Shown here in pieces: positions 1 through 10,182 of a DNA stretch of 64,000 bases (positions are counted from its first letter, which is position 1; the number at the start of each line of letters is the position of its first letter). The notes beneath the pieces are model-generated. The model saw only the letters and a list, made by a program, of their open reading frames with translations. It did not search any database and was not told the origin of the DNA. The stretch comes from Actinomycetota bacterium. Its GTDB lineage: Bacteria > Actinomycetota > Actinomycetes > S36-B12 > UBA5976. The DNA is taken from the NCBI GenBank assembly GCA_016870575.1, contig VGBH01000002.1, positions 20,273 to 84,272 of the forward strand, given 5' to 3'. A program made the translations under genes and the position numbers.

Positions 1-746
1 ATTAAAGGAGAATAAACATTTTGTTGAACTAAATCTGCTGATCCTTGAATGTATGAATACGGGGTTCCAAGATCTAAAAAGTAGGAATCGTCTAAATATC
101 CCGCAATTGCAAAATTAGATTGCAGTAACTTTGGAAATACATCGCGCTCAACTGAACAGGGAGTTCCTGGAGCAATCTGCCTAATCACTTGGTTACTTAA
201 AAGATAACAACCAGCGTTTATCTGATTTGTAATTATCTGCTCTGGCGAAGTGGGCTTTTCCAAAAAAGCCAGCACTCGAGCATCTTTGTCCGTTGGGACT
301 AAACCAAAAGCAGCTGGGTTTGTCACGGTCACTAAATGAATTGACGCTGACCAACCAGAACTCTTAAATTGGGTAATCTGATTAGCTAGATTATGACCGC
401 TAAGTACATCACCATTTAGCACCACAACAGATTCATCTTCATCTAAGTTTAGATAGTCTGCAGCATTGCGAATCGCACCACCCGTGCCAAGTGGGTTCTC
501 CTCAACTACAACTGAGATATTTGCATCAAGATAGTCTTGAGTTGCTAGCCACTTTGAAAAAACTGCTGCCTGATAAGAGGTTGCTAGAACTACTTCGTTA
601 ACCCCCACTGAAACTAGTTTGGCAATTTGATGAGCAGTAATTGGAAGGCCAGCAACAGGCAGCATTGGCTTAGGTTGATTTAAGGTAAGCGGTCTAAGTC
701 GAGTGCCTTCGCCACCAACAAGCAAAATTGCTTTAGTTAGTTTCAA
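1..746 (-). CDS. NDP-sugar pyrophosphorylase (mannose-1-phosphate guanylyltransferase-like); N-terminal part only, C-terminus lies beyond the window start
   Basis: Absent from the ORF track because it is truncated. My reverse translation from TTG at 746 reads LKLTKAILLVGGEGTRLRPLTLNQPKPMLPVAG...EENPLGTGGAIRNA...VVLNGDVL, which carries the GxGTRLxPLT nucleotidyltransferase signature. One nt separates it from the upstream stop. Confidence 0.75.
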   Translation of the reverse strand, partial: MKLTKAILLVGGEGTRLRPLTLNQPKPMLPVAGLPITAHQIAKLVSVGVNEVVLATSYQAAVFSKWLATQDYLDANISVVVEENPLGTGGAIRNAADYLNLDEDESVVVLNGDVLSGHNLANQITQFKSSGWSASIHLVTVTNPAAFGLVPTDKDARVLAFLEKPTSPEQIITNQINAGCYLLSNQVIRQIAPGTPCSVERDVFPKLLQSNFAIAGYLDDSYFLDLGTPYSYIQGSADLVQQNVYSPL

Positions 747-747
747 C

Positions 748-1962
748 TTAACTCCCAACAGGCTTGATGCTTAAAATCCAAACTGACCTAGTTGGAATTG
801 CTGCCCGAAGGGTGCGACCTGGTAAATCCGCAGTTGCACCACTTGATGCTGTTGCTCTAAAAGTTTTAACTGAACCACCTGCATTTCGTGCTACTACCCT
901 AACCTTGACCACATCAGGCAAGTTAAAAATCTTTGCCAATTGTTCAGTTGTAACTGGAACATTCCAGCGAACCTGAGGTCCAGCTTGGGGATCCAGCGAA
1001 TATTGATCTTCAACACTAATTGCCCACGGTCTTGGAGATCCCCAAACATCTTGGCTGTTCTCTGTCTTCCCATTTGATCGAGCAAAAAACCAAGCTGCAA
1101 CTGGTTGGCCACCCACGCCTACCACTTGTCCTGCAGTTTGTTTAACTGCTTTTCGCCAATTGGAATATCCAGGCAGCTTATATCTTTCACTGCCACGCAT
1201 ATTTTGATCTCCGGTAAAGTTTAAGTGGCAGCGACAACTACTTTTTGTTCCAGATCGAACCGCATTTAAAGCAATGCTTCGAGATGCAATTGCCTGTGCT
1301 TGCAGGGCAGCAGCTGGCCAAGTTGAGGCCATCTCTGCTACCGCATTTAAATACTCGTCTTTAACATTTAATTTAAGCACTGCTTGTAATTTGTTGCCGC
1401 TTGCAGTTAGTAAAAGTGGGCCAAATCGATAATTATTTTTTGAATTATCTGCTCGTGTTAAAACTAACTCCGATTTTGGTTCAGTTGAATCAAACCCAAT
1501 AACTCCTGACCAATTTATTTCAAAGCTTTTGCTTGCAGCTAACAAATTTTGATTTGCTGAAATTTGCACAATTCCATCTGTTGCAGAAATTGTCAGCAAT
1601 TCCTGAGATTTTAGTGGAGCTTCTAAACCAGTAATTGTCAAAACTGCAGGTAGTAATCCCTTAATCGTTGCTGCTTGCAACGTCATATTAGTTTGATTTG
1701 TGGCAACATTTACCAATACCTCAACTTGATCATCAACTGTTATTAACTCACTATTTGGATAATAATGTGCAATTATTTCTGCAGCGCTGCGTCCATTTTG
1801 AGCTTGGACAAATGCACCAACTTGACTCATTCCAACACCATGTCCTAAGCCAGCTCCTGTTATAACAAAAGATGCTGGTATCACAGGGGACGAATGTGCG
1901 GGCGAGGTAAAACTTGCGGTGACAAGTAGCGCCACTGCTAGACGGAGAATCCCCATAGGCAA
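748..1962 (-). CDS. secreted SpoIID/LytB-domain protein (peptidoglycan remodelling)
   Basis: 404-aa ORF with a signal-like N-terminus (MPMGILRLAVALLVTASFTSPAHS). GLGHGVGMSQVGA matches the SpoIID GHGxGMSQxGA core. Confidence 0.7.
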   Translation of the reverse strand: MPMGILRLAVALLVTASFTSPAHSSPVIPASFVITGAGLGHGVGMSQVGAFVQAQNGRSAAEIIAHYYPNSELITVDDQVEVLVNVATNQTNMTLQAATIKGLLPAVLTITGLEAPLKSQELLTISATDGIVQISANQNLLAASKSFEINWSGVIGFDSTEPKSELVLTRADNSKNNYRFGPLLLTASGNKLQAVLKLNVKDEYLNAVAEMASTWPAAALQAQAIASRSIALNAVRSGTKSSCRCHLNFTGDQNMRGSERYKLPGYSNWRKAVKQTAGQVVGVGGQPVAAWFFARSNGKTENSQDVWGSPRPWAISVEDQYSLDPQAGPQVRWNVPVTTEQLAKIFNLPDVVKVRVVARNAGGSVKTFRATASSGATADLPGRTLRAAIPTRSVWILSIKPVGS

Positions 1963-2063
1963 TTATTGACACGAAGGTGTGAGAAAATCCCATTCCTAGT
2001 GGGTGTGGAGCGGAAACGTGCAGACTTTGCTCAACCGAACTCGCTCTTTGCAAGGGGTAGAAG

Positions 2064-3473
2064 ATGATGATTAGAGGGCATCGACCTTCACTTGTACTAC
2101 TCAGCGTGATGAGTGCTTTCACACTTGCTATTACTTTGGTATCTGGCTTATTTGGGGTTGTGCTTCGCACAGTTGCAAGTGAAGTTAAGACAACTGACAT
2201 TTCAGATCAACTTGGTGACCGACCAGCAATTCCAGCATCGCCAAAAGGGCCGCTTGATATTTTGATTATGGGCAGCGACACCCGAGCTGGACAAGGAAGA
2301 AAATATGGTCAACCCGGCTATTACGCTACTGGTCATTCTGACACCACACTATTAGTTCATATTTATGAAGATCGAAAACGAGTACTAGTAGTAAGCATTC
2401 CGCGCGACACTATTGTGCGAATTCCAGAATGCTACAACTCAGATGGTGATTTACTTGGCTCAATAACAAGTAGGTTCAACTACGCCTTTACTCGTGGTGG
2501 CCCAGGTTGCACTATAAAAACAGTTGAATCAATAACCGGAATTACCATTGAGCATTTTGCGGTACTAGATTTTCGAGGGTTCACGTCGGTAGTAAATGCC
2601 CTCGGTGGAGTTGAAGTTTGTATTCCAGAAGATGTGAACGACAATAAAAGTAAGTTGTTTATAAAAGCTGGTTTACAGACTTTAAATGGTGAAGATTCCC
2701 TTGCCTATGTAAGAACAAGGTTTGGTCTAGGTGATGGCGGCGACATCAGTCGAATCTCTAGACAGCAAGACTTTTTAAAGTCAATGGTGCGAAAAATTAC
2801 TAGCTCAAAAGTTTTACTAGATCCGATTAGACTTTTCCGCACACTTAATGAAGTGGCAAAATCTCTAACAACTGATCCTGCTCTTGGGTCGGTTGAGCAA
2901 ATGACTGCATTGGTCCGAAGCGTTGCTGGCATTAATCCTGCCCAAATCAGATTTATGACGGCACCAATTTCGACCAATCCAAATGATCGAAACACAGTTG
3001 TTTTTTCAACAATTGAAGCGAACAAACTTTGGACCGCGCTTGCAAATGATCAAGGTTATGAAGAACCAATTGTGTTATCTAAAGAACAAATACCAGATGT
3101 TCCAGTCAACACGGTATCAGTTACTGTTTTAAACGGCACAACAATTCCTGGTGCTGCAACTGAGGTTGCTAACCGACTAGAAACAGAGGGTTTTAAAATT
3201 GCCGGCACCAGAAACTCAGAACTATCTGTTGAAACAAGCTTTATTCGAGCATCAGAAAATCAGTTACCGCAAGCACGAACATTAGCAAAAGCGCTTGGTA
3301 ATGACATTGAAATACAAATACAAGATTCACGCAGTAACGATATAAAGCTTTTTGTCGGCACAAATAAAGTAAATGTGATTGGCTTTCCAAAAATTGAAGA
3401 AAAAGAATCGACTTGGCAACAACCACAACCAACTGGTTCGGATGAAAGAAATCCTTGCCAAATTAAGAATTAG
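2064..3473 (+). CDS. LytR-CpsA-Psr (LCP) family glycopolymer-to-peptidoglycan ligase
   Basis: 469 aa with an N-terminal TM helix. ILIMGSDTR...HSDTTLLVHI...VVSIPRDT are LCP catalytic-domain motifs, and there is a LytR_C-like tail. Its position next to the manB-like gene matches Mtb Rv3267. Confidence 0.85.
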   Translation: MMIRGHRPSLVLLSVMSAFTLAITLVSGLFGVVLRTVASEVKTTDISDQLGDRPAIPASPKGPLDILIMGSDTRAGQGRKYGQPGYYATGHSDTTLLVHIYEDRKRVLVVSIPRDTIVRIPECYNSDGDLLGSITSRFNYAFTRGGPGCTIKTVESITGITIEHFAVLDFRGFTSVVNALGGVEVCIPEDVNDNKSKLFIKAGLQTLNGEDSLAYVRTRFGLGDGGDISRISRQQDFLKSMVRKITSSKVLLDPIRLFRTLNEVAKSLTTDPALGSVEQMTALVRSVAGINPAQIRFMTAPISTNPNDRNTVVFSTIEANKLWTALANDQGYEEPIVLSKEQIPDVPVNTVSVTVLNGTTIPGAATEVANRLETEGFKIAGTRNSELSVETSFIRASENQLPQARTLAKALGNDIEIQIQDSRSNDIKLFVGTNKVNVIGFPKIEEKESTWQQPQPTGSDERNPCQIKN

Positions 3474-5691
3474 CGCTTCCTAAATCCTCGGTTAGCAGCC
3501 TAGTCCATTGCTCTGTGACATGGGATAAACCGTAGCGATTATTTATCTCTTCTTGAGCTTGTTTACCTAAATCCGCCCATAGATCACTTTGTACTGAATC
3601 CAAAATAAATTGTGCCGCTGACTTAACATCTTGCTTAATCCAATTGAAATTATAAATTTGATCTGATCCTGGCCAAGGCAAGATAACCGGAACTGCTGCA
3701 CTGGCTGCACCTTCAGCGGGTGCTAAATGAAACGACTCATCATCTGAAGTTGAAAGTACCCACCCAACTCGGCGCAACCAATTTGCTACATCAGCACCGT
3801 AATCATCAAAAATTATGCTGCCTCGCAACAATTCACTACGTTCGATTGATTCAAACAAATTACGAAATGCTTTTCTTTCTGCTTCGTCACGCCAGACCCA
3901 GGGCATTTGCCATGGTAGCTTTGATTTCACAATCAATTTAAATCGTGGATCTACTTTTCTCACTTCAGTTAATATTTCAATAGCTAAATCTGGTCGCTTT
4001 CGCATTGGAGCAGCACCAATTAGCCCAATGTTGAACTGCGCATCTGGAAATTTAGGACGGTTCAAATCAGCTACATCTACCCAGTTCGGCACCATCACAA
4101 CCCGATTTTTAGGTACTGATGTTTTTGCTAACGTCAAATCTGCATATGGTTTAGAAACACAAACTAATTGATTTACTGCACTGCCATTAATTGTTTCTGG
4201 CCAAGGTCTTGATAACTCAAATCGGTGAAGACGCACGATCAATCGTTGTTTGCTCTTTTTATGTTTGGCATACCAAAGAGCGTTTCCACCGCACCATTCA
4301 CACACAATTACATCAGCCCACTTAAGCATAGCTTTGCTAACTCGACCCTCGTTGCGATTGATTGCTGGCCAATGATCAAATCTAAGTTCTACGCCAGGCA
4401 TCCCCTGCCAAAAGGCAGCAATCTTGGTAAAGAACTTTAAGTCATGACTTGCTACCACAACTCTTAGCGGACGAGAGTTTGAGTTAACAAATGTCGTTAT
4501 TCCAGCTGAAGGAAGAGGAATATGGCGATTTAACAATTCAGAAACTCGACGAACAGAACTACTCATCGAGTAATTCGCGGTTGCTTTAGAAATTGCACCA
4601 GCAGACTTTGTGAGAATGGATGAATCCTTCACAACATTAGCTAGCATCTGAGCGATGTTTGAATCAGCGTCAACAAACAAGGGGTAATCCTTGCCCAATA
4701 GATCTTCATGAATAAAGTTTCGATTGAGCAGCACAGGCAATCCCATCGAACCAAACTCCAGCACTTTAGTAGATAACTCCAGCGACGTATCTAATTCGAC
4801 AGATCTCCAAGAGATTCCGATATGAGATTTTGCCGACTCTCGCATTGCAGAACTGCGCGACATCCCGCCGTGCCAAACAACTCCTGGTGAATCTTCAAGA
4901 GCAGAGCGCATTTGTTCTGACCAACCAGGTTGATCTTTTGGTTGATGAATCTTGTCGCCAATCATGTTGAGTTTTGCGGTAATTCCAAGTTTTGCTAATT
5001 GAGCTGGTAATTCGGTCATCTCCAAGGTATGCCACAGAGGTGCAAATTTTCCGGTGTAAACCAGGGAGAGAGGATTACTTGGCGTTCCAATATTGGTTAG
5101 ATTTAAGTCTGCAAATTCTGGTGGTTCAGCTGCTATTGGAGACCAAATCACGCATTTACCAGCAGTTTGAGGAATTGTAGTTTCAAGTAGCGCTCTTAAA
5201 TATTCAGTTTGGCAAAGCATTAAATGACTGGCTTTTGCCACTTCACCAAGCCATTTTTTACTTGCTAAATCCATAGCTGCTGCTGATTGGGGTATGTCAG
5301 TTAAATAAGTCCATAACTTTCCATAAACCACATCAGACTTAGCCAATGCTGGCGCTAACTTACCCCCTCGAATCAAGATTGCATCAAAATTTTCTTGTTT
5401 ATGAAGCTTCTCTATTAGGGAGACAGCACTTGCAACAGATAGCGTTTCCCCTCTCGTAAACAATGATTTAAATTTAGACACGGCATCAGTAAATGGATTT
5501 ATTATGGTGATATTTTTGAATTCATTGAGCGGAATAAGCAATCGATCAGTTACTGGTTTTGCCTTTAGTAGAAAATAAACATCAACATCACATCGAGCCA
5601 AAACTTCCGCAGCAGAAGCAGCCCAAACTGCCGAGCCATCGATGATGTTCATAATTACATCACCGTAAAGCAATATCTTTCGTTTAATCAT
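3463..5691 (-). CDS. two-module (tandem GT-B) glycosyltransferase, candidate glycopolymer polymerase
   Basis: The ORF track gives 3463..5751; I prefer the ATG at 5691 (MIKRKILLYGD...). The N-terminal half ends in ELSTKVLEFGSMGLPVL and the C-terminal half contains ESFHLAPAEGAASAAVPVI. Both resemble the GT1/GT4 E-x7-E region, so there appear to be two GT-B modules. Confidence 0.65.
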   Translation of the reverse strand: MIKRKILLYGDVIMNIIDGSAVWAASAAEVLARCDVDVYFLLKAKPVTDRLLIPLNEFKNITIINPFTDAVSKFKSLFTRGETLSVASAVSLIEKLHKQENFDAILIRGGKLAPALAKSDVVYGKLWTYLTDIPQSAAAMDLASKKWLGEVAKASHLMLCQTEYLRALLETTIPQTAGKCVIWSPIAAEPPEFADLNLTNIGTPSNPLSLVYTGKFAPLWHTLEMTELPAQLAKLGITAKLNMIGDKIHQPKDQPGWSEQMRSALEDSPGVVWHGGMSRSSAMRESAKSHIGISWRSVELDTSLELSTKVLEFGSMGLPVLLNRNFIHEDLLGKDYPLFVDADSNIAQMLANVVKDSSILTKSAGAISKATANYSMSSSVRRVSELLNRHIPLPSAGITTFVNSNSRPLRVVVASHDLKFFTKIAAFWQGMPGVELRFDHWPAINRNEGRVSKAMLKWADVIVCEWCGGNALWYAKHKKSKQRLIVRLHRFELSRPWPETINGSAVNQLVCVSKPYADLTLAKTSVPKNRVVMVPNWVDVADLNRPKFPDAQFNIGLIGAAPMRKRPDLAIEILTEVRKVDPRFKLIVKSKLPWQMPWVWRDEAERKAFRNLFESIERSELLRGSIIFDDYGADVANWLRRVGWVLSTSDDESFHLAPAEGAASAAVPVILPWPGSDQIYNFNWIKQDVKSAAQFILDSVQSDLWADLGKQAQEEINNRYGLSHVTEQWTRLLTEDLGSANS

Positions 5692-6313
5692 GCTGAACCA
5701 AGGGAAACAAAATCGATGAATCGAACTGCGAATCACTGATAAAGTAATCAATTCTTAAGTCAGATATTGCGTGCTCCCATAGATTTTTTGCAGTATTTGT
5801 CCAAAAAACAACCGGTATCTGATTTTCATTAGCTGATTGAACAATTCGAGCCAACTGAACGGAACGATCTGGCGCAAGAGGGCTTCCCAAATGCTGCCAG
5901 GCAGAATTAGATAACCCCACTTCCGCCTCAATTACTACAACTTGAGGCCGAAAAGGAAGAAGAACATCTACAACATCACGGTCATGCGGCATTAACGGCA
6001 ACACATAGCAATCTTTACTTAGATGATCGATCAACTTATTTGTCCCAACAACTGCAACTCTGATTCCATAATTAAATAGTGTTGCTCGTCGAATCCGCTG
6101 CAACATTGGTTCGCCTAATTCAGTTGAGAATTGTCGGTCATCACTCTCATTTCGCATTCGCCAAAGTCGCACTAGATTCTTGATTGCAATTAATGAACGT
6201 CTTGGATCTTTTGCAATAGCTAAAAGCGCGGTACCAACCAAATAGGCACCAGAATTCTTTAGTTGAGCTAACTCTGCTTCTAGTTTTTGAACGCGGTTAG
6301 TAAGTTCGTTCAT
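5684..6313 (-). CDS. hypothetical protein with a short N-terminal coiled coil and a CgeB/DUF3880-like N-domain (no catalytic GT domain)
   Basis: 209 aa. NELTNRVQKLEAELAQLKN is heptad-like. PQVVVIEAEVGLSNSAWQHL...IPVVFWTNTAKNLWEH...DYFISDS resembles the N-terminal domain of CgeB-type glycosyltransferases (from memory). It overlaps the upstream gene by ATGA and the downstream gene by 8 nt. Confidence 0.45.
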   Translation of the reverse strand: MNELTNRVQKLEAELAQLKNSGAYLVGTALLAIAKDPRRSLIAIKNLVRLWRMRNESDDRQFSTELGEPMLQRIRRATLFNYGIRVAVVGTNKLIDHLSKDCYVLPLMPHDRDVVDVLLPFRPQVVVIEAEVGLSNSAWQHLGSPLAPDRSVQLARIVQSANENQIPVVFWTNTAKNLWEHAISDLRIDYFISDSQFDSSILFPLVQHD

Positions 6314-7404
6314 TTTCTGCCTAAAAACTCAATGATTGCCGCTGCAATTCGTTCGCCAGCGGTACCATCCCAGAGCGGTGGCACAACATCTTTCACCGGA
6401 GACAAGTTAGCTACTCGCTTAACTAAATCTGAAACCGTTACAAGTTGATTTGTTCCGTGCGTAATTGTGATTGGCCGCTCGGTGTTTGGACGAAGCGTAA
6501 GGCAAGGCACCTTAAGTATTGTTGTTTCTTCTTGTACTCCGCCTGAATCAGTAATCACAAATTTTGCCCCTTTTACTAATGAAATGAAATCAATGTAATT
6601 TAGCGGCTCAATAACTTTGATTTGGTCAAACTTTGCTAACCCAGCTTGCATTAGCGATTCCTTGCCCCTTGGGTGAAGGGGTAAAATGATTTGTGTTTGC
6701 TCAGAGACTTGACCAAGTGCTGAAACGATATCTTTAGCTGTTTCTAACTCATCAACATTTGCTGGTCGATGTAAAGTGGCTACCGCGTAATCTCCATCTA
6801 GATTCAACTTAGATGCAATCTTCTTTTCATCGAACTCGTGTAAGTGAGCTAACAAAGTATCGATCATAGAATTTCCAACAAAAAAAATTTCTCTATCGCC
6901 CAAACCCTCGCGCTCTAAGTTATCTTTTGCTTCAGGACTTGTGATTAGCAGTAAATCAGATAATTGATCGGTAAGTTTTCTATTTATTTCTTCTGGCATA
7001 GTTAAATCAAAACTTCGCAATCCCGCTTCAACATGTGCTACTAGGATGCCAAGTTTTGCTGCAACTAAAGCAGCAGCTACAGTTGAATTGACATCACCAT
7101 AAACAACAATCATTGCTGGTTTTGAATTACCAATTGCAGATTCAATTCCAACCATAATCGCAGCCGTTTGAGTTGCATGTGAGCCAGACCCAACTCCCAA
7201 ATTTAAGTCTGGTTTTGGTAAATCCAAGATTTGAAAAAAAGATTCACTAAGCGCCTCGTCATAATGCTGGCCAGTGTGGATTAATTTTTGTGCGACACCA
7301 GCAGCCGCCAATGCGGCAATTACTGGAGCGGCTTTGGGGAAATTAGGGCGAGCACCGGTTATGTGGACGACATCTCCACTTTGAATCACCGACTGCTGCG
7401 TCAC
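6310..7404 (-). CDS. wecB: UDP-N-acetylglucosamine 2-epimerase (non-hydrolysing)
   Basis: 364 aa with GDVNST, HVEAGLRSFD and TDSGGVQEE motifs typical of WecB/MnaA. Confidence 0.85.
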   Translation of the reverse strand: MTQQSVIQSGDVVHITGARPNFPKAAPVIAALAAAGVAQKLIHTGQHYDEALSESFFQILDLPKPDLNLGVGSGSHATQTAAIMVGIESAIGNSKPAMIVVYGDVNSTVAAALVAAKLGILVAHVEAGLRSFDLTMPEEINRKLTDQLSDLLLITSPEAKDNLEREGLGDREIFFVGNSMIDTLLAHLHEFDEKKIASKLNLDGDYAVATLHRPANVDELETAKDIVSALGQVSEQTQIILPLHPRGKESLMQAGLAKFDQIKVIEPLNYIDFISLVKGAKFVITDSGGVQEETTILKVPCLTLRPNTERPITITHGTNQLVTVSDLVKRVANLSPVKDVVPPLWDGTAGERIAAAIIEFLGRK

Positions 7405-7454
7405 GGCGCTCTCCTAAGCGTGAGAAACTTGGCTGTAGTCGTGAGTATTCCACC

Positions 7455-8903
7455 ATGGCTTCAGAAAGTAGGACAGCGTTGCGCTACTTAACTGGGTTTC
7501 GAGCCCTGCCATGGGCAATCAGCACGCTAACTCTCCGACTAGTTCGATCTCCCAGGGCAACTCTAGAAGCCCTATTACGCAAAGTCAGACACAATCACCA
7601 TTTTCCACTAAATGTCTGGCACGAGTATCAATTACCTATCCCCATTCGAAAGTCGCTCCCGCATGCCAGTGTTAATCCAATTCCAAATTCCGTACTACAT
7701 TTTGTAACTAACTCCTTGCCCTATACCCAAGCTGGATACACAGTGCGCACGCAAAGTATTTTGACAGCACAATTAAATGCTGGCATGAATGCAGCTGCGG
7801 TTACCCGATATGGCTATCCAATTAATATTGGAAAGTTTTTTACTGGAACAAAAACAGATATTAGAACCGAAGGCTCAGAAAAAACTGTCACTTATCATCA
7901 TTTGATCCCACAAGGGCTCGCTACTAACTATGAACTTGAGAATGCTGCGAAATATGCCTGCAAACTTGTACAAAAATTACGTCCTGAAGTAATTCATGCG
8001 GCAACTGATTTTGTAAACGGTGAAATTGCGAGTGCTGTAGCAAAAGCAACAGACTTACCTTTCGCATATGAGGTGCGCGGTTTCTTGGAACAGTCCTGGC
8101 TGGCCAAAGATAAATCAAATTCTACTTATTCTCCTTTTTACCAAGATTTTCTTGCACGAGAGAATGCGGTAATGCAACAAGCGAACGCGATTACAACGTT
8201 GAGTGAAACTATGAAAAATGAAATTATTAAACGCGGAATAAGTTCTGAAAAAATTTATTTAACTCCAAATGCGGTTTCTGATAACTTGTTACAGATAAAT
8301 AAATCTCCAAGCCAAGCACGATTAGAAATTGGACTTAGCGAATTACCTACATTTGGAATTATTAGCACGTTGTATCCTTTTGAAAACACAAGCTTGCTAA
8401 TTGCAGCACTCGAAAAACTTGAAGATTCTGGTCGACAAGCACAACTTGTCATTGTTGGAGATGGGCCTGACCTATTGGCAGTTAAAGACAGGGCATACAA
8501 AAGTAGCGTTAAAAATCGAATCTATTTTCTCGGACGAATACCCAACAAGCAAATCTCCACTTACTATCAAGCACTTGATGTGTTTTGTGTTCCACGCACT
8601 AGAAGCCGCGTTACCGAGTTAGTTACTCCACTTAAACCACTAGAGGCGATGGCGCTGAATCGACCAGTGCTTGCGAGCAACTTGCCTGCGTTGGCTGAAT
8701 TAATCTCATCAGGTGAGACTGGACTATTGGTTGAGCCAGATTCACTCTCAGCACTCACTGATTCGCTTGATCGACTTCTGTACGATTCGGACTACCGGAT
8801 GACGCTTTCAAGTAAAGCTAGGGAGTGGGTGGCAGCCAATCGAACCTGGTCCCAAGTAGCTCAGACATATCGGCAGGTTTACCAACAATTGAGCAAGCAA
8901 TAA
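7455..8903 (+). CDS. glycosyltransferase family 4 (GT-B) with an approximately 90-aa N-terminal extension
   Basis: 482 aa. HFVTNSLPYTQAGYTVRTQSIL is a GT4 N-domain and TELVTPLKPLEAMALNRPVLAS is E-x7-E-like. Confidence 0.75.
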   Translation: MASESRTALRYLTGFRALPWAISTLTLRLVRSPRATLEALLRKVRHNHHFPLNVWHEYQLPIPIRKSLPHASVNPIPNSVLHFVTNSLPYTQAGYTVRTQSILTAQLNAGMNAAAVTRYGYPINIGKFFTGTKTDIRTEGSEKTVTYHHLIPQGLATNYELENAAKYACKLVQKLRPEVIHAATDFVNGEIASAVAKATDLPFAYEVRGFLEQSWLAKDKSNSTYSPFYQDFLARENAVMQQANAITTLSETMKNEIIKRGISSEKIYLTPNAVSDNLLQINKSPSQARLEIGLSELPTFGIISTLYPFENTSLLIAALEKLEDSGRQAQLVIVGDGPDLLAVKDRAYKSSVKNRIYFLGRIPNKQISTYYQALDVFCVPRTRSRVTELVTPLKPLEAMALNRPVLASNLPALAELISSGETGLLVEPDSLSALTDSLDRLLYDSDYRMTLSSKAREWVAANRTWSQVAQTYRQVYQQLSKQ

Positions 8904-8922
8904 CAGCTTGCGCGGAGGACAG

Positions 8923-10182
8923 ATGACAAAAGATTTGGCAGTGATTGGTCTGGGATATGTTGGCTTACCACTTGCGCAAGAGGCAGTTAAATCCGGTTTA
9001 TCTGTGATTGGCTATGACCTAAGTGAGCGAGTAATTGCAGGATTAAGTGCAGGAACATCGCACGTTGATGATCTTTCTGATGCAGACATTGTGCAAATGC
9101 AAAATAAAGGATTCACCGCCACAAAGGATGATCAAGTATTAGCTTCTGCAAAAGCAATTGTTATCTGCGTACCAACTCCATTGTCTGCCGATGGTGGCCC
9201 CGATCTTTCAGCTGTTTTAGGAGCAACTAGAACTATTGCAAAAAATCTTGTACCGGGTCAACTGATTGTTTTGGAATCAACTACCTATCCAGGCACAACT
9301 GACGATGTTGTTAAGCCAATCCTAGAAGAAGGTGGATTAGTTGCTGGTATTGACTTTTATCTTGCATTTTCGCCTGAGCGAATTGATCCGGGTAATAAGA
9401 AATTTGGAATGCGTAATACGCCTAAAGTTGTTGGTGGAATAAACCAGGCAAGCACTGATGCTGCTGTTTCACTCTATAGCAAATTTGTAGATACTGTAGT
9501 GCGCGCGAAAGGCACTAAAGAAGCGGAAATGGCAAAACTGTTGGAAAACACTTATCGACATATCAATATTGCTTTAGTTAATGAAATGGCAATGTTTTGT
9601 AACGATTTAGGTATTGACTTGTGGGATGTAATAAAGTGTGCTTCAACAAAGCCTTTTGGCTTTCAAGCCTTCTACCCCGGCCCAGGTGTAGGTGGACATT
9701 GCATCCCAATTGATCCTAATTATCTCTCTTACCAAGTTAAAACTAATTTAGGTTATCCATTTAAATTTGTGGAACTAGCTCAAGAAATAAATGCAGGTAT
9801 GCCAAATTACATTATTCGACGAGTACAAGATTTACTAAATTCAGCTGGCAAAGCACTGAACGGTTCCACGGTTTTAGTGCTTGGTATTACATACAAACCA
9901 GATATTGCCGACCAGCGTGAATCCCCAGCCATACCAATAGGTTTGGGCTTATTGGAAAAGGGAGCAAAAGTACTTTTTCATGATCCAAAAGTTGAAGTGT
10001 GGAAATTAGATGGAAAAGAGATTAACCGAACTCCCGATTTAATTTCTGCACTTAAACAAGCGGACATCAGCGTTGTGTTACAAAATCATTCTTCCTACAA
10101 GGCTGATGAACTTATTTCAAACTCGCAATTGCTTTTTGATACAAGAGGGCAGTTAGATCATCCTGAGGTAGAGCGACTTTGA
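8923..10182 (+). CDS. nucleotide-sugar 6-dehydrogenase (UDP-ManNAc/UDP-GlcNAc dehydrogenase family, WecC-like)
   Basis: The ORF track starts at TTG 8908; I prefer ATG 8923, which is preceded by GGAGGA. It has a Rossmann motif (VIGLGYVGLPLA) and a catalytic Cys in GPGVGGHCIPIDP. Sugar specificity is inferred only from the nearby 2-epimerase. Confidence 0.75.
   Translation: MTKDLAVIGLGYVGLPLAQEAVKSGLSVIGYDLSERVIAGLSAGTSHVDDLSDADIVQMQNKGFTATKDDQVLASAKAIVICVPTPLSADGGPDLSAVLGATRTIAKNLVPGQLIVLESTTYPGTTDDVVKPILEEGGLVAGIDFYLAFSPERIDPGNKKFGMRNTPKVVGGINQASTDAAVSLYSKFVDTVVRAKGTKEAEMAKLLENTYRHINIALVNEMAMFCNDLGIDLWDVIKCASTKPFGFQAFYPGPGVGGHCIPIDPNYLSYQVKTNLGYPFKFVELAQEINAGMPNYIIRRVQDLLNSAGKALNGSTVLVLGITYKPDIADQRESPAIPIGLGLLEKGAKVLFHDPKVEVWKLDGKEINRTPDLISALKQADISVVLQNHSSYKADELISNSQLLFDTRGQLDHPEVERL

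Noticed and set aside
5692-5751. 20-aa N-terminal extension (MITLSVIRSSIHRFCFPWFS) of the tandem glycosyltransferase.
   Set aside because: It lies inside the upstream ORF, its composition is implausible, and the internal ATG at 5691 gives a typical GT-B N-terminus (MIKRKILLYGD).
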